Below are positions 30,111-39,324 of a stretch of 64,000 nucleotides of DNA, piece by piece (the stretch's first letter is position 1; every line of letters begins with the position of its first letter). The DNA comes from an uncultured Gammaproteobacteria bacterium (GTDB lineage Bacteria > Patescibacteriota > Patescibacteriia > Magasanikbacterales > GWA2-37-8). The stretch spans positions 204,537 to 268,536 of the forward strand of contig CAYHBZ010000002.1 of the NCBI GenBank assembly GCA_964355175.1, given 5' to 3'. A program made the position numbers and the translations under genes. Below the pieces are notes generated by a model. The model searched no databases. It saw only the letters and a program-made list of their open reading frames with translations, and was not told where the DNA came from.

Positions 30111-31623
30111 TCATTTTTTTCTCAAACAAGTCTTTTATCCAGCTGGTTCTCGAACTGTTCAGGGCGGATTTTATATGGCTTTTGGCCGCGTGAGTTTTCA
30201 CAAATTTGAGCCAGTCTGGGCTTGGGCCTTTGCGATTTTTATCAATAATGATATCCACTACATCACCACTTTTTAGCACTGAATCCAAGCTTACCATCTG
30301 ATCGTTAATCTTAGCGCCGTTACATTTATTACCTACCTCGGTATGGATATGATAAGCGAAATCAATTGGAGTGGCGTCTTCGGGCAGGTCAATCACATCA
30401 CCTTTGGGAGTAAAAACAAAAATATGATTGCGGAAAAAATCCACTTTCATTTCTTCTAGGTCTTTGAGATTGTTTAGAATTTCTTTTTGCATTTTGGCCA
30501 GTTCTTTGGCCCAATTGTAATCTTTTTTGGACGGACCTTGGCCGTGGCTATTTTTGTCATAGTTCCAATGTCCGACCGTGGCCCCGTACTCGGCTTCTTC
30601 ATGCATGGCTAGGGTACGAATTTGAAATTCTACGATTTTGCCTTCATCACAAAAAACCGTAGTGTGTAAACATTGGTATCCGTTTGGTTTTGGCTGGGCG
30701 ATATAATCTTTGATGCGGCCTTTGAGCGGCGGCCAGAGTTTGTGAATTACCCCAAGGGTGGCATAGCAATCGCCAACATCTTTTACGATGATTCTCACGG
30801 CCACGATATCGTAGATGATATTGATGTCTCCGTTTTTACGGATTAATTTTTTGTATAGACTGTATAGACTTTTTTCACGACCGTGAATATTTATGAATTT
30901 TACTTCGGCACTCTTGGATTCTTCTTCCAATCTGTCCATGATTTTTTTAAGATAAATATTGGTTTCCGCCACCTTTTCTTCGCGCATTTTTTTTACGCGT
31001 TCATATTCTTTTGGCTCCAGATATTTAAAAGAAAGATCCTCCAGTAAACTTTTGAATTCACCCATGCCTAGGCGGTTGGCAATTGGGGCGTATATCTCCA
31101 TGCTCTCCAGAGCAATGCGTTGACGTTTTTTTTCTGGCAAAGAATCTAGGGTGCTGAGATTGTGAATACGGTCGGCAAATTTGATAATCATTACACGGAT
31201 ATCTTCGGCCATGGCCACGAAAAGTTTGCGGAGATTTTCGATATAGCGCTCCATGCCACGGTATTTTAGTTTACCCAGTTTGGTAATGCCGTTTATCATG
31301 TTGGCAATATCAGGACCAAAATTTTTCTCAATTTCTTCTAGAGTCACTTCAGTGTCTTCCGGCACATCGTGCATGAGGGTAGCGATAATGATGTTTGGCT
31401 CAGCCTGGATCTGGGATAATATAAAGGCGGCGGTGGTAGGATGAACAATGTAGGGTTCGCCTGATTTTCGGAATTGTCCGGAGTGGGCTTGGGCCGCGAA
31501 ATCATAAGCTAAGCGGACGGTTTCAATGTCGCTGTCGGTGCAGTATTTTTGGAGATTTTTCACTACTTCCTCAATGGTAGAGGATCTGGGAATAGTGAGG
31601 TGGGAAATCAGAAATTTATCCAT
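30106..31623 (-). CDS. rel: bifunctional (p)ppGpp synthetase/hydrolase Rel/SpoT homolog (HD + synthetase + TGS)
   Basis: HD motif HDVPEDT, RelA/SpoT synthetase domain, C-terminal TGS-like region. Confidence 0.85.
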   Translation of the reverse strand: MDKFLISHLTIPRSSTIEEVVKNLQKYCTDSDIETVRLAYDFAAQAHSGQFRKSGEPYIVHPTTAAFILSQIQAEPNIIIATLMHDVPEDTEVTLEEIEKNFGPDIANMINGITKLGKLKYRGMERYIENLRKLFVAMAEDIRVMIIKFADRIHNLSTLDSLPEKKRQRIALESMEIYAPIANRLGMGEFKSLLEDLSFKYLEPKEYERVKKMREEKVAETNIYLKKIMDRLEEESKSAEVKFINIHGREKSLYSLYKKLIRKNGDINIIYDIVAVRIIVKDVGDCYATLGVIHKLWPPLKGRIKDYIAQPKPNGYQCLHTTVFCDEGKIVEFQIRTLAMHEEAEYGATVGHWNYDKNSHGQGPSKKDYNWAKELAKMQKEILNNLKDLEEMKVDFFRNHIFVFTPKGDVIDLPEDATPIDFAYHIHTEVGNKCNGAKINDQMVSLDSVLKSGDVVDIIIDKNRKGPSPDWLKFVKTHAAKSHIKSALNSSRTSWIKDLFEKKMN

Positions 31624-31694
31624 ATTTTTTGATGTATTAATTATATCATTTATTTGGCTAATTGCAACTGAAACTTGACAAAAGGCCTATTTAG

Positions 31695-32095
31695 TGGTAG
31701 TATTAGTCCTGTTTATAGTGGATGATCGTCCCCGACCTAGTCGGGGGAGGAAAGTCCGAACACTTTCTTTGAAAAAAGAAAAAAGGCAGTGGGTAACGCC
31801 CACCGGTTTGGCGGCAACGTCAAACAAGGGAAAGCGGCACAGAGACAATACTACCCCGACTCAGTCGGGGGAAAGGTGAAAAGAATATGGAAGTTCTGAC
31901 TCTAGAACAGAGCTACCATATACCGACCGTTGTGAGACGGTCTGGTGCCAAGCCCTGCCTGGGTGCAAGAGCAGCCTATGAGAGAGACATAGGAAAAGTT
32001 CGCTCGCTTGATTTTGGTAGCAATACCAGAGCTAGATAAATGATCGTCGTGTCTTGCTAAACACAAGATTTACAGAATTCGGCTTATAGCTGTAA
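31695..32095 (+). ncRNA. rnpB: RNase P RNA (bacterial type A)
   Basis: P4 halves GAGGAAAGTCCG and ACAGAATTCGGCTTAT; GGGTAACGCC, ACAGAGACAAT, GGTGAAAAG conserved blocks; P3 hairpin CCCCGACCTAGTCGGGG; ends approximate. Confidence 0.8.
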
Positions 32096-32103
32096 ACAAA
32101 AAA

Positions 32104-32132
32104 GACCTTTGAGAAATCGAAGGTCTTTTTAT
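32104..32132 (+). terminator. terminator hairpin AAAGACCTTTGAGAAATCGAAGGTCTTTTT after rnpB
   Basis: hairpin plus T-run. Confidence 0.6.
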
Positions 32133-32234
32133 TTTTTTACAATAAAACTTGCTTTTCTAGTCTATTTATGATAAAACCTATGCTAGTTGTCTCACTGCCT
32201 GAGATCGGTTGTCGGTCTCGTGGAGGGCATCGCC

Positions 32235-32450
32235 ATGGGTAACTGGACGGACTTCGCCATTTTAGGTTTGCTGATCATCTTGGCTAGCGCGGTGTTTCCG
32301 GAGCTCGGCTTGGTTGCGTTCTTGACGGGCATCGTCTTGTTGCTCGTCGCGGCCAACATCGTGTTCAAGGATTGGGCCTTGCGCCAGGGCTGGCTGAAGC
32401 ACCTCAATGAGGATCAGCGTCGGCTCGTGATCGCGATGGAGGAGGACTAG
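32235..32450 (+). CDS. GC-rich (about 58%) 71-aa two-TM membrane protein
   Basis: SD GGAGGG upstream of ATG (MGNWTDFAILG...); GC-rich cassette in AT-rich flank. Confidence 0.5.
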   Translation: MGNWTDFAILGLLIILASAVFPELGLVAFLTGIVLLLVAANIVFKDWALRQGWLKHLNEDQRRLVIAMEED

Positions 32451-32508
32451 TTCCTTCTGACTCTTCCTAGGGAACCCAGCTTCGGCCAGTGGGCGTAGGG
32501 GGGATAAT

Positions 32509-32577
32509 AAAAAACCACCTGCGACCTGCTCTAGGATTAAATATTTTTTAATCTTGGAGCAGCAGGTGGTTTTTTTG
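32509..32577 (+). terminator. long terminator hairpin (ACCACCTGC...GCAGGTGGT) with T-run
   Basis: seen in sequence. Confidence 0.6.
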
Positions 32578-32591
32578 TTTCTAAATTTATT

Positions 32592-34445
32592 TTAGACTTC
32601 GATAATAACTGGTAAAATCATTGGACGCTTTTCGGTTTTGGTATAAAGAAATTGTCCAACATAATCACGAATTTTATTGCGGATATTATTGGTATCAGCC
32701 CAAGTGAGCGGATCGGATTCGGTAACAATTTTTTTCACACGATGGCGTAGATCTTCGATTAGTTCTTTGTGTTCCTTGAGGAAAATAAAGCCACGGGAAA
32801 TAATATCAGGATTCTGGATTAGTTTGCCACTCTTGGAATCGACAGTAGCAATAATTACTACCATGCCGTCTTCTGCTAATACTTGGCGATCACGCAAGAC
32901 TACATTGGTTTCATCCGATACGCCGAGGCCGTCTACAAATACATAATCAGAAGGAATTTTTTCTTTGGTCAAAGTCCCAACACCATTTTGGAATTCCATT
33001 ACCTGGCCATTGTCGGCAATAAACACATTTTCTTTTGGCATGCCAATAGAAGTAGCGATACGACCATTATAGTGCAGAAGGAAATGGTTGCCGTGAATAG
33101 GCACAAAATATTTTGGCGCGACCAAACGCAACATTAATTTCACATCATCAGCTTTGGCGTGACCACCAGCGTGCACGTCCATCATTTGATAATGGATAAC
33201 TTCGGCGCCGCGGCGGAAAAGAGTATCTTTGAGTCTTTGCACGGTGCGTTCGTTGCCCGGAATTACCGAAGATGAAAACACGATAGTGTCACCAGGAATT
33301 AATTTGATAAAGCGATGTTCGCCATTGGCAATACGCATCAAGGCCGCATTTTTTTCTCCTTGCGCGCCGGTACAGATAATCATCGTTTTATTTTTTGGAT
33401 AATTATCCAATTGTTTGATATCAACAATTGTTTTGGAATTAAATTTCATGTAGCCAAGTTCTTTGGCAATCTCAATATTATTTTTCATAGAGTAGCCTTC
33501 GATAGCTACTACCTTGCCGGCTTTTTCGGCTATTTCGATCATCTGTTTGATGCGAGATAAAAGCGAAGCAAAAGTACCAATAATCAAACGACCAGGAACT
33601 TTTTTAATAATTTCTTCGAGGTTTGTGCCGATTTCTGATTCAGAAATTTGGTGACCAGGCTGGGAAGCATTGGTGGAATCGGAAAGTAAAGCCAATACAC
33701 CTTCGCTACCAATTTTAGCAATCTTCTGTAGATCCGCTGGTTCGTCGCCCGATACCGGTTGGTAGTCAAATTTCCAGTCACCGGTATGAATGACCACACC
33801 TTCTGGTGTGCCCACTTTGATACCCATGGAGTCGGGAATATTGTGATTGAGGTGAAAAAATTCTACTTCAAAAATACCAAGCTTGAGTTTATTTTCCAAG
33901 CTGACATTGTGGATAGAAAGAGGACGCAGGCCTTTGTAATCTTCTTGGCGTTTTTTGATAATCGCGTTGGTCAAAGGCAGGCCGTAAATTGGAGGATATC
34001 CCAAGGCTGGAATACAGTGAGGGATAGCGCCAATATGATCATAGTGACCATGAGTAATAATTACACCACGTATATTCTTTTCTTTGCCTTTGAGATAATT
34101 CATGTTTGGGATGATGTAATCAATACCAGGCATGTCTTCTTCCGGAAATTGTAGGCCCAAATCGATGAGAATAATATCGTCACCGTATTCGAGAATAGTG
34201 CAGTTGCGGCCGATCTCTTCGAGACCGCCGACTACCATTACGCGTAATTTTTTCCCAAGGTTGGTGGCTGGAGCAGTCGCTGGAGCAGTCGTGCGTACTC
34301 TGGAAAAAGAGGGACGAAAATTACTTCGGACGCCATTAAATGATTGGGCTCCGGCCGGTTTGGCTAGAGGAGCGGAAGTATTTGGCGTTCTGTTTGGTCG
34401 CGCGCTATTGGCGCTGGCAAACGAACTTCTTGGTTGTGAAATCAT
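32592..34445 (-). CDS. rnj: ribonuclease J (metallo-beta-lactamase/beta-CASP) with low-complexity N-terminal extension
   Basis: HGHYDHIG motif, beta-CASP and C-terminal domains; N-term TAPATAPAT encoded by tandem CTGGAGCAGTCG repeat. Confidence 0.85.
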   Translation of the reverse strand: MISQPRSSFASANSARPNRTPNTSAPLAKPAGAQSFNGVRSNFRPSFSRVRTTAPATAPATNLGKKLRVMVVGGLEEIGRNCTILEYGDDIILIDLGLQFPEEDMPGIDYIIPNMNYLKGKEKNIRGVIITHGHYDHIGAIPHCIPALGYPPIYGLPLTNAIIKKRQEDYKGLRPLSIHNVSLENKLKLGIFEVEFFHLNHNIPDSMGIKVGTPEGVVIHTGDWKFDYQPVSGDEPADLQKIAKIGSEGVLALLSDSTNASQPGHQISESEIGTNLEEIIKKVPGRLIIGTFASLLSRIKQMIEIAEKAGKVVAIEGYSMKNNIEIAKELGYMKFNSKTIVDIKQLDNYPKNKTMIICTGAQGEKNAALMRIANGEHRFIKLIPGDTIVFSSSVIPGNERTVQRLKDTLFRRGAEVIHYQMMDVHAGGHAKADDVKLMLRLVAPKYFVPIHGNHFLLHYNGRIATSIGMPKENVFIADNGQVMEFQNGVGTLTKEKIPSDYVFVDGLGVSDETNVVLRDRQVLAEDGMVVIIATVDSKSGKLIQNPDIISRGFIFLKEHKELIEDLRHRVKKIVTESDPLTWADTNNIRNKIRDYVGQFLYTKTEKRPMILPVIIEV

Positions 34446-34459
34446 AAATGATTTTCTTT

Positions 34460-34560
34460 ATATAAATTAATCTGTCATCCCGAACGAATACTGTCATTCC
34501 GAATTTAATGAGGAATCTTTTAATAAGATCCCTCTCTACGCTCGGGATGACAAAGTAGCA
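34460..34560. repeat. cluster of REP-like hairpin units (TGTCATCCCGARCG..) in both orientations
   Basis: units TGTCATCCCGAACGAAT, TGTCATTCCGAAT..., and GATCCCTCTCTACGCTCGGGATGACA. Confidence 0.5.
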
Positions 34561-34613
34561 TTCAAAATGACAAAGAGTGTCCCGACTAAGTCGGGGTAAA
34601 TAATATTGTATCG

Positions 34614-34697
34614 TGGGCGAGAGAGGACTCGAACCTCCACAGGATTGCTCCCACAGGCTTCTGAGACCTGCGCGTCTACCAATTCCGCCACTCACCC
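34614..34697 (-). tRNA. tRNA-Leu (anticodon CAG), long variable arm
   Basis: hand-folded: acceptor GGGTGAG/CTCGCCC, anticodon loop CTCAGAA, T-arm GGAGGTTCGAGTCCTCT. Confidence 0.75.
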
Positions 34698-34702
34698 GAT
34701 TT

Positions 34703-36655
34703 TTAGAATTTAATTTTTCTGGTAGTTTTTGTATACCAGTAATTAAGGTTGGCCAGTCGATCATGTGGATTGGCTAGGTTGCCGGTTTCAATGCCTTGGA
34801 TATCTTTGCTCACCGCCATGATATAGGTAGGTGAATAAAGAAATATAGCCGGTAAATCATCAACTAAAATACCTTGAAATTTTTGATAAAGTTTGGCGCG
34901 ACTGTCCGGATTGAGCGTGGTGCGGGCTGACTCCAATAATTTGTCGGCATCACGATTACTAAATTTGGCCAGATTTAGACCAGGATAATCACTCTGGGTG
35001 GAATGCCAGAAAGAATATAAATCCGGATCGGCACCGATCATTTCCCCATAAATCAAAATTTCGTAGTTACGATTTTTCAAAACATCACGCACTATCTGGT
35101 GGGTGCTGACCGAAATCACATTGGTTTGTATTCCCAAAGCGCGCCACATTTTGGCTACCTGCTCGGCGGTTTGGATATATTCCGGAGTATCGGCGGTAGT
35201 AATAGACAGACGCAAAACATCATTTTTACCGTTTTGACGATAAAAGCTTTGTCCCGAACTCATTTCCGCGCGGATAGTTTCGTTGAGGTTTTTTTCATCA
35301 TTTGGTGAAATTGGTTGGGTTTCGGTAGCTGTTGTTTTGCTATTGGCGGTGGAAGTAGTAACCGGTGTCAAACTTTTGAGTATTTGGTCGTAACGAATTT
35401 TGAAGTAGTCTTCCGGCTGGATGCGCGGCCATTTTTTATCTAATAGAGTATTGGCGGCATTCAAGTCAAAAGGAATTTTTTTCACCGCATCATGGTATCC
35501 TAAATTTCCGGGTAAAATCGGACTGTCTAGAGCAATACCGTCGCCATCGAGAGCTTCGTCGATAAGAGTCTTTTTATCGATGGCTTTAGCCAAAGCTAGG
35601 CGCAGATTATCATCTTTAAGTTCAACCGTACTTTGATTAAAAAATATAGCGGTATATTGTGGGAGTTGCAACCCAAAATTGTTTAAACTTTTTCCATCTA
35701 CTTTTTCTTTTAAATTATGTGGTACAAAACTGAGACCGGAAATATTTTGACTGCGCAGGGCGGATACGGCGTCACTGTAGTTGTCAAAAAATTTAAAAGT
35801 AACATTATTTAGATATGGTTTCTGGCCGTAGTAATTATTATTTGGCACCAAAGAATAACTCTGTAGGTTGCCGCCGCTGTCTTTGACCATTTTTTCAAAT
35901 TTCCACGGACCGGATCCCACCGGCTGAAGATTGAATTGTGCCAGACGCATATTGGCAGGAGTAATTTCCGACCAAGTATGTTCAGGCAAAATTCCCAAAG
36001 TCAGACTGTCCAAAAAAGGAGCATAAGGAGTCTTGAGGGTAAAGCGGATAGTATTTTCGGCAATTTTATCTATTTGCACTCCTTGGAAAGCCACAATCAG
36101 TGGACTGCCCACTTCGGCATTTTGGAGAGTTTCAAAAGTAAATAGAATATCATTGGCGGTAAGCGGTTCGCCGTCGGACCATTTGAGGTTTGGTTTTAGT
36201 TCAATGTTGTAGGTTTTTTGATCAGCGCCTACTACGAATTTGGCAGCTAGATCTGGTACTAGCTGTTTGTTCGAGTCATATTTGAAAAGTCCGGAATATA
36301 CCAAGGAAGAAATGTCGGTATCGATATCATTGGTAGAAGAAAAAATTGGGTTGACGTATTTTGGACTACCAATCAAGCCTTCGGAATATTCGCCACCATT
36401 TTTTGGAGAAAGCACCGAATGGGTGGAGGCAAAATAACTGGTCCAGCCTACAATTGTAATGACAAGTAAGATGGTAGCGACAATTAGAGTCTTTTTTTCA
36501 CTACCACTTAAAAAATTGCCCAAGTATTTTATTTGGGTCAGATTGGGGAATTTGTCGAATTTCATCCGGTGTCGGAGTTTTTTGTCCAAGTAATTGCTTG
36601 GGTTGGACTTGGAACGTTTAAAACGCTCCAAATACGAAGAAAGATTCCAACTCAT
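34703..36655 (-). CDS. membrane-anchored ABC transporter substrate-binding protein, family 5 (peptide/nickel, OppA-like)
   Basis: N-terminal TM anchor then SBP_bac_5-like domain. Confidence 0.65.
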   Translation of the reverse strand: MSWNLSSYLERFKRSKSNPSNYLDKKLRHRMKFDKFPNLTQIKYLGNFLSGSEKKTLIVATILLVITIVGWTSYFASTHSVLSPKNGGEYSEGLIGSPKYVNPIFSSTNDIDTDISSLVYSGLFKYDSNKQLVPDLAAKFVVGADQKTYNIELKPNLKWSDGEPLTANDILFTFETLQNAEVGSPLIVAFQGVQIDKIAENTIRFTLKTPYAPFLDSLTLGILPEHTWSEITPANMRLAQFNLQPVGSGPWKFEKMVKDSGGNLQSYSLVPNNNYYGQKPYLNNVTFKFFDNYSDAVSALRSQNISGLSFVPHNLKEKVDGKSLNNFGLQLPQYTAIFFNQSTVELKDDNLRLALAKAIDKKTLIDEALDGDGIALDSPILPGNLGYHDAVKKIPFDLNAANTLLDKKWPRIQPEDYFKIRYDQILKSLTPVTTSTANSKTTATETQPISPNDEKNLNETIRAEMSSGQSFYRQNGKNDVLRLSITTADTPEYIQTAEQVAKMWRALGIQTNVISVSTHQIVRDVLKNRNYEILIYGEMIGADPDLYSFWHSTQSDYPGLNLAKFSNRDADKLLESARTTLNPDSRAKLYQKFQGILVDDLPAIFLYSPTYIMAVSKDIQGIETGNLANPHDRLANLNYWYTKTTRKIKF

Positions 36656-36680
36656 TGAAAAATTATTAAGTCGCCCGGGT

Positions 36681-36902
36681 TTATTGGATAACCAAGCGAA
36701 CTAAAGAGATGATGAAGAAAATAGTGGTGGCGGCAATAGTAATATAGTGCAAAATCTTGTCCAAACCGCGTTTGGTGCTGTAGATATTGCCTGAACCACC
36801 GAAAACACCACTAAGACCAGTACCTTTTTGTTGTAGTAAGACTACCAAAATGAGTACAATGGCCAAAACTAACTGAATAATATTGAAGATAGTTTCTTTC
36901 AT
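36681..36902 (-). CDS. secG: preprotein translocase subunit SecG
   Basis: two-TM 73 aa, LLQQKGTGLSGVFGG...TKRG motif. Confidence 0.8.
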   Translation of the reverse strand: MKETIFNIIQLVLAIVLILVVLLQQKGTGLSGVFGGSGNIYSTKRGLDKILHYITIAATTIFFIISLVRLVIQ

Positions 36903-37033
36903 AAACTGAAAATTTAAGCCTATAATATAGAGCTTATAGTGGTTATAATTATATCATGAACGACTGACAGTGTCAATGGCAGTATTGATTTATTTTAAAT
37001 TGTGGTATAATATGACTGCTTAATATATAACCT

Positions 37034-37789
37034 ATGGCTTTTAATAATTCGCCGCTGGGATTGCGCTGGTATCAGCGTTTTGGAGGAGTATTAGGAATAG
37101 CGCTCAGTGCCACTGTAGTCGCTATTGTTTTATTTTTTGGCGGTTCGGTGTGGTATTATTATCATCAAATTCAAAATGGTAATGGTGAATTATTGTTACA
37201 AAATTTTTATGGAGGGTTTACCGCTGTGGGCAAAAATGACAAGGTGGCTCAGACTGAGGTGGATAGAAAGGAAGTGGAATTGGTCAGTGCTCCGGCGATT
37301 GGCACAAATAGCCCTAAAGTAACTGTCGTGGAATTTGTAGATTTTAAATGTCCCAACTGTAAAGCCGAAGCGCCGATCCTGCGTCAGGTAATGCAAAAAT
37401 ACGGAAGCAAGGTAAAGCTAATTGTGCGTAATTTCCCGATAGAAAGCACTCATCCTGGTGCCAATCAATTGGCTATCTTGGCTCAGTGCGCCTACTATCA
37501 AGGCTGGTATTGGCCACTACATGATTGGCTTTATGACAATCAAGATGTCTTGGGTAGTAGTTTTACAGCGGCTGATATTGATGACCTAAATTCTGTTTTT
37601 GCTTGGGACGCCAAAAAAATGAAAGAATGTTTCAAAAGTCAGGAGGCCAAAGTTTTGGTAAATAAAGATTATTCCGACGCGAGTCGTTTTGGTGTGGCCG
37701 GCACGCCCACATTTTTTATTAATGGTAAAAAAGTAGAGGGTGTTGTCCCATTTGAAGTTTGGGATAATTTTTTAAGAAATGTTAAATGA
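37034..37789 (+). CDS. membrane-anchored DsbA-family thiol:disulfide oxidoreductase
   Basis: thioredoxin-fold CPNC active site (FVDFKCPNCKAEAP). Confidence 0.75.
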   Translation: MAFNNSPLGLRWYQRFGGVLGIALSATVVAIVLFFGGSVWYYYHQIQNGNGELLLQNFYGGFTAVGKNDKVAQTEVDRKEVELVSAPAIGTNSPKVTVVEFVDFKCPNCKAEAPILRQVMQKYGSKVKLIVRNFPIESTHPGANQLAILAQCAYYQGWYWPLHDWLYDNQDVLGSSFTAADIDDLNSVFAWDAKKMKECFKSQEAKVLVNKDYSDASRFGVAGTPTFFINGKKVEGVVPFEVWDNFLRNVK

Positions 37790-37847
37790 CAGCTTTAACT
37801 GTCATCCTGAGGGAGTTGAAACGACCGAAGGATCCCTATTGTATATT

Positions 37848-39314
37848 ATGAAAAAAATTTTATTGGCAGTTTTATTTTTTACTTTGTTTGCGCCGGTGTA
37901 TGTTTCGGCGGCCAACAGTACTTTGGCTCCGGATTTTAATCCGGTTTGTTGGAATTTAGATCAATGTAATAATAGCCGTGCTTTTTTCTTGGGCAAAACC
38001 CCACAAGAATTAAAAGGTAATAAAGACGGTTGGCTGGAGAATGAAGATCCTTGTAATAAACCTGGTTGGGGTAAATGTCTGCCGGGCGGAATCACGAAGA
38101 CCACGATCGCCTTTGGTGGTAAAAAAACTTTTACCGATATCGGGGAATTTTTGAAATATAATTATAATTTTGGTCTGAGTATCGCTGGTATTTTGGCCGT
38201 AATTATGATTGTAGTGGCTGGAATCCAGTGGGCAACATCCGGTGGAAACAGTGAAGCGATAAGCAGTTCCAAAAAAAGAATTGGGGGAGCGCTGATTGGT
38301 CTGCTGATTGCTTATCTATCTTACACAATTTTAAGCATTGTTAATCCGGCTTTGGTAAATTTGCGTCTGCCTCAGGTGTATATGATTCGTCCGATAAATG
38401 TGGTGCCGCAGTTTTGTAAAGATGTGGAATCTCCTACTAGTACGCAATTTGCTGTCGCTGCTGAAAAAGGAGCGGTGGTGGACAAGACTAAATTTCCGGA
38501 TGCGAAATTGCAAAGTATGGAGCTGTCTGCTATGTCTTGTGGCAAACAATATTTTGTTGGCGGAGCGGCCGGTGCCACTTGTATGGGTGCCACTTGTGAT
38601 AAGAAACAGCAATCTTGTTTACCGGTTACTATTACCAGCGACAATATTACATTGACTCCCGGACAAGTGCTTAAAACTACCCCTGGATGTATGAATGCAC
38701 AATTGGTATTTCATTTTACGATCGAAAATAGTTTAGAAAATTTTATAATAGAAAAAACACCTCTTGTGGCTAAGATTGGAGGTAAGGATTGGCTGGATAA
38801 AGATGGTTTTTTGGATTTCGAAAATCCTTTCCTGCTTTGGCCGGTTTGTTCTGGTGCCAATGGAAATTATATCGGTAAATTAGGCTCAGAGCAGTGGGAT
38901 GCAAATGATACAGAGATTACGAGCTATCAAAGAATAGAGAAGAGTCTGTTTTATGAATATTATCTTTCATTTAATAATGTGGCTACGACTTTGCCAACAG
39001 CCGCTCATCCGGATGCTTATTGGAAATGTGAAAATAGTGATAAAGTCGCTGGTTTTGTTTTTAAATTTGAATTGGATAGTAATTGGTCTATGACCGACCC
39101 TAATTTTTATGTAAGTAAGAGTCATGTTGGGTCATGGAAATCTATTTCAACTAATGGGTTTATTACTAATGCTGATTTGGAAAAGGGTGTGTATGTAGAA
39201 GCGTTAATCTCAGCCCAAGTATTACAAGAATTAGAAGAAAATACAGGCACACAGCCATTTGTTGGCACCCAGAATCCAGACGGTGTCAGTTGGAAAAAAG
39301 CGGCGGGAATATAA
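37848..39314 (+). CDS. secreted large protein with internal VirB2-like pilin two-helix module and Cys-rich C-terminal ectodomain
   Basis: signal peptide MKKILLAVLFFTLFAPVYVSA; segment FGLSIAGILAVIMIVVAGIQWATSGGNSEAISSSKKRIGGALIGLLIAYLSYTIL resembles pilin at 4239. Confidence 0.5.
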   Translation: MKKILLAVLFFTLFAPVYVSAANSTLAPDFNPVCWNLDQCNNSRAFFLGKTPQELKGNKDGWLENEDPCNKPGWGKCLPGGITKTTIAFGGKKTFTDIGEFLKYNYNFGLSIAGILAVIMIVVAGIQWATSGGNSEAISSSKKRIGGALIGLLIAYLSYTILSIVNPALVNLRLPQVYMIRPINVVPQFCKDVESPTSTQFAVAAEKGAVVDKTKFPDAKLQSMELSAMSCGKQYFVGGAAGATCMGATCDKKQQSCLPVTITSDNITLTPGQVLKTTPGCMNAQLVFHFTIENSLENFIIEKTPLVAKIGGKDWLDKDGFLDFENPFLLWPVCSGANGNYIGKLGSEQWDANDTEITSYQRIEKSLFYEYYLSFNNVATTLPTAAHPDAYWKCENSDKVAGFVFKFELDSNWSMTDPNFYVSKSHVGSWKSISTNGFITNADLEKGVYVEALISAQVLQELEENTGTQPFVGTQNPDGVSWKKAAGI

Positions 39315-39324
39315 ATAAATTTAT

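Noticed and set aside
34255-34300. Tandem CTGGAGCAGTCG duplication inside rnj, considered as a repeat element
   Set aside because: In-frame 12-bp duplication giving a TAPATAPAT low-complexity linker; ordinary slippage, not a mobile or regulatory feature.
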